Shown here piece after piece: positions 1 to 9,211 of a stretch of 64,000 bases of DNA; the first letter of the stretch is position 1; the number at the start of each line of letters is the position of its first letter. Source of the DNA: a virus (lineage: Duplodnaviria > Heunggongvirae > Uroviricota > Caudoviricetes); IMG/VR virus record IMGVR_UViG_3300037418_003161, positions 1 to 64,000 of that record; one strand, written 5' to 3'. The translations under genes and the position numbers were made by a program. Under the pieces are notes generated by a model, which searched no databases, was not told the DNA's origin, and was given only the letters and a program-made list of their open reading frames with translations.

Positions 1-1
1 A

Positions 2-247
2 ATCATTTGAAATGGCTTCCACCAGTTCTTTATTAAGCTTTTCCTCAGCTTCCAGATATAAATATCCTCCATATATTACCCTGTCCCGGATATGCTTCTT
101 TCCTTGTACAGCATAATATTCTTTTTCCACAGGACATAAGAAACGAACTAGTTGTGGGAATTTTCCTTCTGTTATCTTTTGATTCAGGCGTTGTTCCAGT
201 TTGCGTTCTTTTCCTAACACAACACGCATTACATACCAGTAACTCAT
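2..247 (-). CDS. nusG: NusG/UpxY-family transcription antitermination factor, N-terminal (NGN) part; runs off the window edge
   Basis: Not in ORF track; manual translation from ATG at 247: MSYWYVMRVVLGKERKLEQRLNQ...FLCPVEKEYYAVQGKKHIRDRVIYGGYIYLEA, matching the NGN pattern WYV...GxE..P..GY. Confidence 0.8.
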   Translation of the reverse strand, partial: MSYWYVMRVVLGKERKLEQRLNQKITEGKFPQLVRFLCPVEKEYYAVQGKKHIRDRVIYGGYLYLEAEEKLNKELVEAISND

Positions 248-248
248 T

Positions 249-1463
249 TTAATTGATTAAAAATATTTTGTTTGCTTCATCAAGCAATTTTATTTCATTG
301 GGTATTTGCAAATCACACCCTTTGAAGTTTATAGTCATTAGCCGTTTTAAATTTGCCAACGACTTTGGTATCTCCCTAAGAGATTTATTATCGGGAAAGC
401 TGATGTTTTCCAAAGCTTCCAGTTGTCCCAATTCTTCAGGCAGTTCAACCACACACGCCCGGAGATAAAGTGTCTGAAGATTTTTAAACCGGGCAATCGA
501 CCTAGGAAGCCTGAGTTTAACTGCGGGAGCGGCATTTTTGCAATCAATACTCAAATCCGTAATGTCCGTTGGCAAACTTTCCAAGAAGTCCTCAAATCCG
601 TAGATGGTGATAAACTTAGAAACATTGTCCTTGGGGTAGGTAATGTCCACCATCTTTGAAGTGAGGTAGTACTTCATCATAATTGGTTTAAAGAACCGCT
701 TTAACTCCTCTTGGGTTTGAAGGATGTTGGTAAGGTCAACTTGGCTATCGTGTATATCCATAAAGGAATTGGTCTCAAAATGAAACTGATAGATGGGCCG
801 GGGTTGACCTTCTGCTCTCCCACTTTCCAAAATATCAGTTTTGTCCCGGAGAATGTAAAGTTTTCCCCGGTTGTTGTAAGTATCAAAATAATTTCGTCCT
901 TCGGTTGCGGTACACCACCGGGTCAGGGGTGGGCCGGACATGGCAATTGCGGCATCCGAGGTGAGCGGGGAAATGATGTCCCATTTCACCCCATCGTAAA
1001 GAACATCCACATCCTCCCGGATAATCTTTTGTTTTAATTCCGTTTTGTTCATGGTATTGATGGAATAATAGGGGTTGACAAGCCCATACAACTCCATAGC
1101 CGTTTTAAGCTGATTGATGTCCTTTTTTTCCTTTGGAATCAAATCCTTCTTGGTTTTGATAACATCGTAAACCACAAGGTCATCATGAATTTTATAGAGG
1201 TCTTCAAAGAAACGGGCCTTTTCTTCCTCAAACACAACCATCGACCCATCGTCGTCTATCATGTACGTATTGGAGGTATCGTACATTTTAAGAATCCATT
1301 GGGTGTACTTTCCCACCTTTTCCAGCCGTCCTTCGTTTCCATCCTCACTTACCATAAAAATTGTGGTAGGGTCAGCCTCAATAATTTCCATCAATTCTTC
1401 GTCTGAAAGAATATTGGTGCGAACATATTTTTCTTTTAAGAATTCATACCGGGATTGACTCAT
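249..1463 (-). CDS. Phage 'WCT' (possibly PcfJ-like) domain protein with C-terminal leucine-rich repeats, paralogue 1
   Basis: Motifs DPT, KVGKYTQW, EDLYK, LTRWCT, LYILRDK, PRPIYQFHF..FMD shared with the next two ORFs; C-terminal LPxxIxxLxxLxxL repeats. Confidence 0.75.
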   Translation of the reverse strand: MSQSRYEFLKEKYVRTNILSDEELMEIIEADPTTIFMVSEDGNEGRLEKVGKYTQWILKMYDTSNTYMIDDDGSMVVFEEEKARFFEDLYKIHDDLVVYDVIKTKKDLIPKEKKDINQLKTAMELYGLVNPYYSINTMNKTELKQKIIREDVDVLYDGVKWDIISPLTSDAAIAMSGPPLTRWCTATEGRNYFDTYNNRGKLYILRDKTDILESGRAEGQPRPIYQFHFETNSFMDIHDSQVDLTNILQTQEELKRFFKPIMMKYYLTSKMVDITYPKDNVSKFITIYGFEDFLESLPTDITDLSIDCKNAAPAVKLRLPRSIARFKNLQTLYLRACVVELPEELGQLEALENISFPDNKSLREIPKSLANLKRLMTINFKGCDLQIPNEIKLLDEANKIFLIN

Positions 1464-1468
1464 GTAAA

Positions 1469-1497
1469 AACATAAGAAAAAAAATGCGTGAAGTCAA
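1469..1497 (-). promoter_or_regulatory. sigma70-like promoter TTGACT-N17-TATGTT, 5 nt before the ATG
   Basis: Read directly; the same pattern and spacing recur upstream of several other genes. Confidence 0.7.
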
Positions 1498-1508
1498 CCC
1501 CCGAAAAT

Positions 1509-1537
1509 AAAAAAGCACGTCCCAAAAGAGACGTGCT
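1509..1537 (-). terminator. Intrinsic terminator
   Basis: Stem AGCACGTC/GACGTGCT followed by a T-run on the minus strand, downstream of 1560..3095. Confidence 0.75.
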
Positions 1538-1559
1538 GTCATTTTATGAAAAAGAAATC

Positions 1560-3095
1560 TTAGTTTCCAAAAACTACCAATACCTTGCCATCTTCTTCAG
1601 CCTTCCGCAACTTGTCGGGTAAGTTAGCACTTGACAGGTTGCACTTAATCACGTTGACCACCTGTAGGGATGGAATGTCCCCAAACGGCTCTGGAATTCC
1701 CTTCATATGTGGATTTTCCGTAAAGGCCACCAGTTCCAGCTTCTTAAGGTTGCCGATATTTTTAGGCAGTGTCTTCACAAAACCGGAAAGCACCATGTTG
1801 TTGATGTTGGTCAGTGTTCCCAATTTTTCAGGCACATCAATTCCCTCACCCTGATACTTTTTGAAGGTGATTTCAAAAACCTTTGTGGTGGGTCGTGCAT
1901 AATGCAACACATGGTTCAGGAATGCCTCATAACCCAACATATCAATATAGCCGGAATAATCCTTGTTTTCATCCATTACCACCACATCGTCACTGCTTTG
2001 CACCTTCTTTTCCAAGAATTGAAGGATGATTTTGGTTTGTTCTTCGTCTGCACCAAACAGGGTGACGTAGTTTTTAAAGGTTTGGTCGTTGGGGTCAAAC
2101 TCCCGGTTGTTAAAAGCATTAAGGAAGTTGGGTTTAAAGAACATCTTCATTTGTTCATTACCCTTTTGGGCCAAATACTTCACCACATCAATTCGTCTGT
2201 CATCCACATCCATGTATTGGGAAGACTCAAAGTGGAACTGGTAAATGGGGCGAGGGTCTCCTGCGCCTTTACCGGACTTCACAATGTTGTTCTTATCCCG
2301 GATGATATATAATGGGCCACTCTTGGAGTAGTGGTTATGGTAGTTGTGGTGTTGGGAAGAAGCGGTACACCAACGGGTAAGGGGTGGCCCGGCTAATTCA
2401 AAGGATGCCTCAGAAGTTTGGGGAATGATGATTTCAAAGTTCTCATCTTCAAAAACCAACTTGGCATTCTCCCTTAAAATCCGCATTTTTACTTCTGCTT
2501 TGGTAGCCACGACTTCTTCCAAAGAGAAATCCTTGGTCAGTTGTCCCAATTCTTCGGTAGAATGCACCTGACCGATATCGTGTTTTTCTTTGGGAAGACG
2601 CTTTTTGAAGCGGTTAAACTTCATAAGGTCTTCTTTAACCCGATAAAGGTCTTCAAAGAACACCCGCACAGATTCCTTAACCTGAAGCCACCGTGTATCT
2701 TCATAACCAATGAAATCTTCGGGGAATAGTTTGAAATAAAGGTTTACCATCCATTGGGTATATCCACCCACCTTGGTTATGTCCCGAAGGTCTTTGGGGT
2801 TTTCATTCATAACCGAAGTAGGGTCGTGCTTGATAATTTCAAACAAAGCATGTTCACTCATCCGCTTATCAACAACCTTGGTGATTTTCTCACCCCCTTC
2901 ACCTTGAACATCTTCGAATTTAAAGATGGGGAAATAACGCATATTTTCTGAGGCTTCCCGGTCACGGAAGTTCCAACGAGCTTTCATTTGCTGCCGAGTT
3001 GCCTTGTCTTCCTTGGGAAGAAGGTACGTTTCAACAAAATAATCAAGTTTGGTCTTTTGTTTTACGGACTCGTTTGTTTCAGTTGTTTTAGCCAT
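1560..3095 (-). CDS. Phage 'WCT' domain + LRR protein, paralogue 2
   Basis: HDPT, KVGGYTQW, FFEDLYRV, GPPLTRWCT, GPLYIIRDK, PRPIYQFHFE..YMD; C-terminal LRRs (LPKNIGNLKKLELV). Confidence 0.75.
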   Translation of the reverse strand: MAKTTETNESVKQKTKLDYFVETYLLPKEDKATRQQMKARWNFRDREASENMRYFPIFKFEDVQGEGGEKITKVVDKRMSEHALFEIIKHDPTSVMNENPKDLRDITKVGGYTQWMVNLYFKLFPEDFIGYEDTRWLQVKESVRVFFEDLYRVKEDLMKFNRFKKRLPKEKHDIGQVHSTEELGQLTKDFSLEEVVATKAEVKMRILRENAKLVFEDENFEIIIPQTSEASFELAGPPLTRWCTASSQHHNYHNHYSKSGPLYIIRDKNNIVKSGKGAGDPRPIYQFHFESSQYMDVDDRRIDVVKYLAQKGNEQMKMFFKPNFLNAFNNREFDPNDQTFKNYVTLFGADEEQTKIILQFLEKKVQSSDDVVVMDENKDYSGYIDMLGYEAFLNHVLHYARPTTKVFEITFKKYQGEGIDVPEKLGTLTNINNMVLSGFVKTLPKNIGNLKKLELVAFTENPHMKGIPEPFGDIPSLQVVNVIKCNLSSANLPDKLRKAEEDGKVLVVFGN

Positions 3096-4314
3096 TTACG
3101 TAAATGTTTTTAGGGATTTGTAATTCATCTCGTTCTATCTTGGTATATCTTATGTCGAGTATTTCCAAGGATTTGAGATTGTTAACTTCTTTAGGAATTG
3201 TTTTAACTTTGTTTCTGTACAACGAAAATAGAGAAAGTTTTTCTAATTCTCCAATACTTTCTGGAATTTTTTTTACAAAACCTTCCAAAACCAAATGTTT
3301 TAAGTTTTTTAAACGACCTAATGTGTGGGGAACATCATAACCTACACTCTCTTCCGCACCACACAATTTGATGTGTAGCTTAATGATTTTCGGATTGAGG
3401 TGTTTAAAAATATAATTGAGGGTGTACTGATACCCAAATATTTTAAAAACCAATCCGTAGGTTCCTATATCGGTAATAGTCACGTCCAGTTTATTTCGAA
3501 AGGTATTTTTAAATGCCTTAAGCAGTCGCTTTTTCAACCACTCCGTTTCTCCATATAATTCAAAAGCCGCCTTGAAAATTGACCGCATCTGGAAGCTGTA
3601 TTTATAAAGACTATTAAAAACGTAGGGTTTGAAAAACTCTTTTAATCCTTCGCTCAGCCCCAAAATGAGCGGCAGATACACTTCGTTGTCTTCCACATCA
3701 CAAAAGATGAGGGTGGGGAAGTGCAACTGGTAAATTGGTCTTGGTTCCCCTACTGCCTTACCCGATGCAATGATTTGTCGTTTGTCCCGGATGATGAACA
3801 GTGGGCCAGCAGCCGCATATCTTGAAAAATGCGAATTGAGCTTCACCGATGTACACCACCGGGTCAGGGGTGTCCCGGCTAGGGCATACGACACATCTTC
3901 ATGTAAGGGAACTACCACATCAAAACACTCATCTTCATAGACATACTTAACATATTTTTTCTTGAGCGTTTTTTTCCATTCAGACTTGGAATAAAGATAT
4001 TTTTCATTCCAATGTTCTTCCACAAGCCGCTTAAAGAGGTGGATATTTTTATAGTGATTTATATCCCTTTGTTCCGGCTTCAGCAGTTTTTTGATTTTAT
4101 CAAACTTGAAGAGGTCTTCTTCCAGTTCTGCGACATCTGTGGAAATGTTCTGATAGGATAACTTCAATAACCACTGAGCATACTTCCCCACCTTTTTAAT
4201 TTCTCCGTTTTGAACAACTGTTGTAGGGTCATACGAAACTACAAATTTAAAATCTTGCAGTGTCATTTTTCCTTGCCGTACATATTGTTGGTAGAGAAAT
4301 TGATACCTATCCAT
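3088..4314 (-). CDS. Phage 'WCT' domain + LRR protein, paralogue 3
   Basis: YDPT, KVGKYAQW, PLTRWCT, GPLFIIRDK, PRPIYQLHF; LRRs (IPESIGELEKLSLFSLYRNKVKTIPKEVNNLKSLEILDI). Confidence 0.75.
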   Translation of the reverse strand: MDRYQFLYQQYVRQGKMTLQDFKFVVSYDPTTVVQNGEIKKVGKYAQWLLKLSYQNISTDVAELEEDLFKFDKIKKLLKPEQRDINHYKNIHLFKRLVEEHWNEKYLYSKSEWKKTLKKKYVKYVYEDECFDVVVPLHEDVSYALAGTPLTRWCTSVKLNSHFSRYAAAGPLFIIRDKRQIIASGKAVGEPRPIYQLHFPTLIFCDVEDNEVYLPLILGLSEGLKEFFKPYVFNSLYKYSFQMRSIFKAAFELYGETEWLKKRLLKAFKNTFRNKLDVTITDIGTYGLVFKIFGYQYTLNYIFKHLNPKIIKLHIKLCGAEESVGYDVPHTLGRLKNLKHLVLEGFVKKIPESIGELEKLSLFSLYRNKVKTIPKEVNNLKSLEILDIRYTKIERDELQIPKNIYVNG

Positions 4315-4338
4315 TTACTTTTCATAGGGATTTAATAA

Positions 4339-4367
4339 AATATAGAATAAAAAATTCAATAAGTCAA
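4339..4367 (-). promoter_or_regulatory. sigma70-like promoter TTGACT-N17-TATATT
   Basis: Read directly upstream of the LRR gene cluster. Confidence 0.65.
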
Positions 4368-4508
4368 ATGGGTTGTTCAACTTGTAAGGAAAAATTCAAA
4401 ATAAAAAACCAACTTAAGAAAGCCGACAAGCTTTCCTTATTGCTCCTGCTACTTTGCTTAGCAATGGTTGGCCTTAGTTTCTTTGAACTGTTTAAGCTGC
4501 TGTTTTAA
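4368..4508 (+). CDS. Small membrane protein (MGCSTCK..., 46 aa)
   Basis: ATG at 4368, N-terminal CxxC, C-terminal hydrophobic helix; overlaps the dnaJ 3' end convergently. Confidence 0.5.
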   Translation: MGCSTCKEKFKIKNQLKKADKLSLLLLLLCLAMVGLSFFELFKLLF

Positions 4509-5321
4509 CGCTTCTGAAACCTCGATGTCGTTTTTTATGGAAAGCCGAATCATCAAATCTCCTTCCTGATGACCGTGTTTGAACCCCTTTCCCTGTACCC
4601 GCAAAAAATAATTGGGGTTGACCTTGGGTGGGATTGTCACTTTCAAATCACCATCGTAATGATGGACAACTTCCTCCTTTCCAATCAACAGGTCAATGGG
4701 GTCAATCTCCATGTCGTAGATAAGGTTCAATTCATCTTTAATGAAGGTGTCCTTCTCCACATGGATGTGGATTAACAAGTCTCCATAATTTTCCGGGATG
4801 TCATCACCGCTTGCGGGGCCGTTGCCGCCAGTTCTAAGCCGCAACACCGCCCCGTTGTCACACCCATAAGGAATGGTAATGGTTTTGGTTTCGTGGTACA
4901 CCTTTCCTTTGATTGTCCGGGCGTATTTGATGGTATGGGTTGTACCCAAATATACATCTTTGGTCTTAACCATTAAATTAATGCGAATGTCTGCTCCCCG
5001 AACAAAGAACTGCCGTCTGCCTGTGCTGAACCCGGCACTAAAACTCCCATCAAAAAAACTGCTAATAATGTCGTCCATGTTGGAGAAGGGATTGCCGTGG
5101 GAGAACCTCTGTCCAAAGGGGTTGGGGTTGTCGTAAGCCTTTCGCTTTTCTTCATTGCCAAGGGTTTCATAGGCTTCATTGATTAATTTGAACTTGTCTT
5201 CCCCATCAGGATTTCTATCCGGGTGGTATTCCATGCTCAACTTTCGGTAGGCTTTTTTTATTTCATCTTGCGAAGCATCTTTACTTACTTGCAAAATTTC
5301 ATAATAATTATTAGTATGCAT
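4458..5321 (-). CDS. dnaJ: DnaJ-family co-chaperone (J domain + C-terminal domain, no Zn finger; CbpA-like)
   Basis: [23 protein letters not shown]...HPD motif, G/F-rich linker, DnaJ C-terminal motifs (LRVQGKG, GDL); start chosen at MHTNNYY. Confidence 0.92.
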   Translation of the reverse strand: MHTNNYYEILQVSKDASQDEIKKAYRKLSMEYHPDRNPDGEDKFKLINEAYETLGNEEKRKAYDNPNPFGQRFSHGNPFSNMDDIISSFFDGSFSAGFSTGRRQFFVRGADIRINLMVKTKDVYLGTTHTIKYARTIKGKVYHETKTITIPYGCDNGAVLRLRTGGNGPASGDDIPENYGDLLIHIHVEKDTFIKDELNLIYDMEIDPIDLLIGKEEVVHHYDGDLKVTIPPKVNPNYFLRVQGKGFKHGHQEGDLMIRLSIKNDIEVSEALKQQLKQFKETKANHC

Positions 5322-5942
5322 AGGTATCAGATTGTAGTGTTTTGCAACAAAACTCAATATAAGGTTGTGGGTAAGTCCAAAACGTTGAGTGGTGCTAGGG
5401 AGAAATATAACAAATTAATCCAAGAAGTCAAGCCACCTTTCCATGCGGAAGTAAAAAATAAAAAAAGAGTGGAGTTTCACATTGGCATTATCTCCAATCA
5501 GGAGAAACAACAAAGTAAGGTACATTCGAGGGATTACATGGGCCGCAACATTACCATGAACATCAAGCCCCATCAGTCTTTATTGTCGCTGCACCCCTAT
5601 CATGTAGAGGAAAAAATTTACGACAATCAAAAGAAAAAACACATCTATTTTAACGACCTGATGAGACAACTCGATGACCTGATGGGGATTAAAATGATTT
5701 ATAAAATCAACTCCCATCTCTTTGTGGAAACCGATGCAACCATCCAGTTTTATTCATTAAAAAATATACACGACTGTATGCGCCTCATTGATGCTTTGAT
5801 TGAACAGCGGCTCAGGGCAGGAAAAGGAGATTGTATATATTCAAGAGACGTAGACCGGGTGCATCGCAAATTTATATACCAACACCTTCGGGATAATGGT
5901 TACAACATTGAAAGCAAAATTTACCGTCACTATTCACGGTAA
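5316..5942 (+). CDS. Hypothetical phage protein, divergent from dnaJ
   Basis: Long plus-strand ORF; start at ATG 5316 avoids deep overlap with dnaJ. Confidence 0.7.
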   Translation: MHRYQIVVFCNKTQYKVVGKSKTLSGAREKYNKLIQEVKPPFHAEVKNKKRVEFHIGIISNQEKQQSKVHSRDYMGRNITMNIKPHQSLLSLHPYHVEEKIYDNQKKKHIYFNDLMRQLDDLMGIKMIYKINSHLFVETDATIQFYSLKNIHDCMRLIDALIEQRLRAGKGDCIYSRDVDRVHRKFIYQHLRDNGYNIESKIYRHYSR

Positions 5943-6044
5943 TCACCAAATAACTCCATTTCTAAAAAGTTCGATGATTAAATAAAGTATCATAACAACA
6001 ACAAAAGTCCACACCGGGTGGTACTGCCGCTCCTGTTTTTTCAT
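5943..6044 (-). CDS. Small membrane protein (33 aa, MKKQERQYHPVWTFVVVMILYLIIELFRNGVIW)
   Basis: Manual translation; fills an intergenic gap directly after a TAnnTTTG promoter. Confidence 0.55.
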   Translation of the reverse strand: MKKQERQYHPVWTFVVVMILYLIIELFRNGVIW

Positions 6045-6053
6045 ATGCAGAAA

Positions 6054-6061
6054 CAAAGTTA
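6054..6061 (-). promoter_or_regulatory. Bacteroidota-type -7 promoter element TAACTTTG
   Basis: Matches TAnnTTTG, 9 nt before the ATG at 6044. Confidence 0.55.
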
Positions 6062-6084
6062 AATGAAAAAAGGAACACAACGAC

Positions 6085-6342
6085 TCATTCCTTTATAATT
6101 TTTACTTCCACCCCGGAAAAATTGATTTTAAAATCCTTCTTCGGTCTTCCACTATTGGTGGGGACTTTCAGAGAAAAGTGGTTGAACGCCCGTTCAAATT
6201 CAAGCGGGTGTAACGTAATGTCGATTTTTGCCCCACTAATCACAAGGCCACTTGTCATAATGAGTTCAATGGCCTTTGCGATTTCCACCAAAAAGTCCTT
6301 GGTGACAACAGGTTTGGGGTCTTCAATGTGTTGGTAGTTCAT
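6085..6342 (-). CDS. Hypothetical protein
   Basis: ORF in tightly coupled minus-strand run (ATGA overlap). Confidence 0.65.
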   Translation of the reverse strand: MNYQHIEDPKPVVTKDFLVEIAKAIELIMTSGLVISGAKIDITLHPLEFERAFNHFSLKVPTNSGRPKKDFKINFSGVEVKIIKE

Positions 6343-6533
6343 TTGCCTAAAATTCTTTTTAGTTTGTCTAAGAAGCCAATCTTCTTTTCCTCAACTTGCG
6401 GAAACATGGTTTGTTTATCCCAATTTTTAATTTCGTGGATAAATTTTTCCTTTTCGGCTTTGATGGCCGCAACGTCTTTGCGTTTTTCTTTTTCCAACCA
6501 TTCAAGAGCCTGTAAGTGCTTGCTCTGCTTCAT
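6339..6533 (-). CDS. Hypothetical protein
   Basis: Start at MKQSKHL; basic helical protein in the gene run. Confidence 0.6.
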   Translation of the reverse strand: MKQSKHLQALEWLEKEKRKDVAAIKAEKEKFIHEIKNWDKQTMFPQVEEKKIGFLDKLKRILGK

Positions 6534-6912
6534 CGGTTTTGGTTTTAAATACCAGTTGTTGGAGGTCGTCCAATGAAAGTTCATTGAACTTGTCTTTTAA
6601 CTCCTGAATTTTTTTATTAAGCAACTCCTGTTTCTTTTCTTCTTCAATGGACTTGTCGATGACGTATATGATTCGGTCAAATGCGTCATTGACGTTTTGT
6701 TCATTATAAAGACAAAAAAAGGTAATGTATCTCACCTGTTCTGTTAGCTTTTGTTCTTTAATGTTGATGAGTTCCTGCGGGGTTAGCTGTTTGGCGATGT
6801 CCCACCTAACCGGGAATTTCATGTCAAAAGCCAAAATTTGTTTGGTTTCTTCCGTTACCACCCGGATGCTGTGAAGGTATTTTTGAATCGGCTGAAAATA
6901 GGTATATATCAT
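6502..6912 (-). CDS. Hypothetical protein with C-terminal coiled coil
   Basis: Start at MIYTYF overlapping the upstream stop. Confidence 0.7.
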   Translation of the reverse strand: MIYTYFQPIQKYLHSIRVVTEETKQILAFDMKFPVRWDIAKQLTPQELINIKEQKLTEQVRYITFFCLYNEQNVNDAFDRIIYVIDKSIEEEKKQELLNKKIQELKDKFNELSLDDLQQLVFKTKTDEAEQALTGS

Positions 6913-7091
6913 TTTACAAAATAAGTTATCAAATAGGCTACTGACACGGCAAGTACCAATTGTTCTATCCATGTCAATTTTATGGGTTTGGGTTCTGTTA
7001 CCATAAATAGTTCGTAGAGGAACGACAGGACGTATTTACTCACAATAAATAGGGTTGTACAAAACAACCAAATAAAGTACCACTCTTTCAT
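6909..7091 (-). CDS. Small two-helix membrane protein
   Basis: Two hydrophobic segments; coupled start/stop overlaps. Confidence 0.65.
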   Translation of the reverse strand: MKEWYFIWLFCTTLFIVSKYVLSFLYELFMVTEPKPIKLTWIEQLVLAVSVAYLITYFVK

Positions 7092-7306
7092 TTTTTTCTT
7101 GGTTTTACAGGTAATTCTTTCATGCGTTTGAGGATTTCATCCCGCAAAGGTTGGTATCGGTCTCTCATTTCAAGTAAAGCGGCTCTGGCACGTTTCCCGG
7201 CACTGCGATTTCCTTTTTGTTCCAATTTGCGCACTTCGTCTACCATGGTCTCAGCCAGTTCATAAAACTCCACTGCTTCGAAAAATAAGTTGTAATAATT
7301 TTCCAT
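7088..7306 (-). CDS. Histone H1-like Hc1-family small DNA-binding protein
   Basis: KGNRSAGKRARAALLEM..LRDEI motif typical of Hc1; start at 7306 fits the promoter spacing. Confidence 0.7.
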   Translation of the reverse strand: MENYYNLFFEAVEFYELAETMVDEVRKLEQKGNRSAGKRARAALLEMRDRYQPLRDEILKRMKELPVKPRKK

Positions 7307-7312
7307 GTACCA

Positions 7313-7341
7313 ACTATACATATTCTTTGGTGGTTAGTAAA
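7313..7341 (-). promoter_or_regulatory. sigma70-like promoter TTTACT-N17-TATAGT, 6 nt before ATG 7306
   Basis: Read directly. Confidence 0.55.
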
Positions 7342-7804
7342 GTTTCTTGATGGATTTTTCTAAAATCTTGTACAAGTCACCAAGCATGTCAAGTTCGGAC
7401 TTTGTTTTTTTGGAAGTAAGGTTGAAGATGTTGGAAAAAAAGGATTCAATTTTGGAGGTATCGTCCTTGTCGTCTTCAAAATAAAAGGAATCGTGGAAGA
7501 ATGACCAAAAATAGTCATAGTGATGACCCTCCCGCTCAAAGATTATTTTCTCCTTTTCAAATTCATCGATGGTTTTGTTCCAACACCAGTTGAAGTGGTT
7601 GTGTTTATCCTCGTAGGTAATGGTCACATCATCCCCCATGTAGGTTGTTTGAATCAAATTGAATAGGGAGAAGACAAAATCATGAAACAGTTGCGCCTTT
7701 TCATGAATGATATTGTTCGCCTTGAACCATATATCTATTTGGGTACTGGTGATATTGCGGGACATCATATTAGTTATAACATCTGACTGTTTATTCTTCT
7801 TCAT
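7334..7804 (-). CDS. Hypothetical phage protein
   Basis: 156-aa ORF, aromatic-rich (HFNWCWNKTI..F). Confidence 0.75.
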   Translation of the reverse strand: MKKNKQSDVITNMMSRNITSTQIDIWFKANNIIHEKAQLFHDFVFSLFNLIQTTYMGDDVTITYEDKHNHFNWCWNKTIDEFEKEKIIFEREGHHYDYFWSFFHDSFYFEDDKDDTSKIESFFSNIFNLTSKKTKSELDMLGDLYKILEKSIKKLY

Positions 7805-7810
7805 GTGAAG

Positions 7811-7839
7811 AAAATAAACGATTAGTTGAAGCTAGTAAA
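7811..7839 (-). promoter_or_regulatory. sigma70-like promoter TTTACT-N17-TATTTT, 6 nt before the ATG
   Basis: Read directly. Confidence 0.45.
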
Positions 7840-7843
7840 GCAT

Positions 7844-9211
7844 TTACTGAGTTCTGTCAGAATATGTGTATAACTTTTTGATTTTCGCCATTTCGTTTTC
7901 TAACACAATATCGGACTCGTTGAGTGCGTTACCCTTCAAATCTGCCTCTCCATCATCGTCTTGCTTGCCTGTAGGTTGGACATCCTTTTTGTACATTGGT
8001 GCAGCATCTTCCTTCTTCTTCTTTCTATTGGCTTTTTTAATCAAATCATCACCTGTTTTGGTGTCGATAGTATTGGCAGTATCTTTACCCTTGGCATTCC
8101 CCATCTTAGAATCACCCGTAAGAGCCTTTTTAGACCTGTCTTTGAAGTCTTTGCCGGGTTCTTGGTCGTAGGTTAAATCTTCCATGGAACTGCCCTTAAA
8201 GTCCTCAATGAACTCATCTTGTTTTTCAGTGTTCTTACGTGCTTTTTTCTCTCCACTACCAATGGCGAAAGGGAATTCAGGGTTATCGTTTCCTTTTGCT
8301 TTGTTAAAAGCTTTAATATTTTTATCGGTATCAGAATTACTCTTTTTGTTAATTGTACCTGATTCCTTGTGCGCCTTGTTGTAAGCAGCAAGACCGGGAT
8401 GTTTTTTATCCTCGGTAATCATTGAGTCAATCATTTTTAGGAAGGTATCTTCCTTAACGAGATAAGCTTTCTTGGGTTTATCATTAAGTACGTTCACCAC
8501 TTCTTGTTTTATGGTGTTTTCTACCAACCGTTCTATTTGTGCTTTACTGAATTTCATTTTACTGCTTTCATTATAAATATCTGACGATTCACTTAATGTA
8601 TTAACCGAACCCTTAACGGATACATATTTTGCTTTCGGGCCTCCATAAAGGTTTTTCTTGAATTGTTTGCTTTTGGCGGCACGACTATTCTTGATGCTGT
8701 TCTTTCCTTTACCTGTCGCCCACGCCCCGGTGGTTTCATAAGAGCCAGAGGAGGCTGAGGTGGTTTGTTCTTCCATTTCCTGTTCCACTTCATTCATTTG
8801 TGGATTGGGGGAAAGCGTCCAATCCGGCCCGACCACCATGCCGGATTCATCCACCAACCCCACAATATCTTCCATCAAATTCGGCCAATCGTTTATTTCT
8901 CCGTGGGCGGTATATTGGAGTACCAAAAAATCAATGGTGGAAGCAAGGTCGGGGCGGTAATGTTTAATATCCTTAATTAGTTTTTTAAATTTTTGATAAT
9001 TGAGAGGAAGCTGAAAGTCGTGTGTTTTAAAATCATAGCTACCAACGGAATCTCCATCGTTGGGAGCAATTTCCTCTTCATTATATTCCCTGCGAACTAT
9101 AGGATATTCATCCACTGCGGTTTCATATGCGCCGGAGGCTCCACCACTGGCAGTTTGTTCATCACATTCGTAGGGGACGAGACCACCCAATTTTAATTTT
9201 TTCTTTTCCAT
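7844..9211 (-). CDS. Probable head-associated/internal virion protein
   Basis: Charged low-complexity protein; repeated EQTxSxxSGxYET motif and many [LIV]xE sites resembling prohead-protease sites. Confidence 0.55.
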   Translation of the reverse strand: MEKKKLKLGGLVPYECDEQTASGGASGAYETAVDEYPIVRREYNEEEIAPNDGDSVGSYDFKTHDFQLPLNYQKFKKLIKDIKHYRPDLASTIDFLVLQYTAHGEINDWPNLMEDIVGLVDESGMVVGPDWTLSPNPQMNEVEQEMEEQTTSASSGSYETTGAWATGKGKNSIKNSRAAKSKQFKKNLYGGPKAKYVSVKGSVNTLSESSDIYNESSKMKFSKAQIERLVENTIKQEVVNVLNDKPKKAYLVKEDTFLKMIDSMITEDKKHPGLAAYNKAHKESGTINKKSNSDTDKNIKAFNKAKGNDNPEFPFAIGSGEKKARKNTEKQDEFIEDFKGSSMEDLTYDQEPGKDFKDRSKKALTGDSKMGNAKGKDTANTIDTKTGDDLIKKANRKKKKEDAAPMYKKDVQPTGKQDDDGEADLKGNALNESDIVLENEMAKIKKLYTYSDRTQ

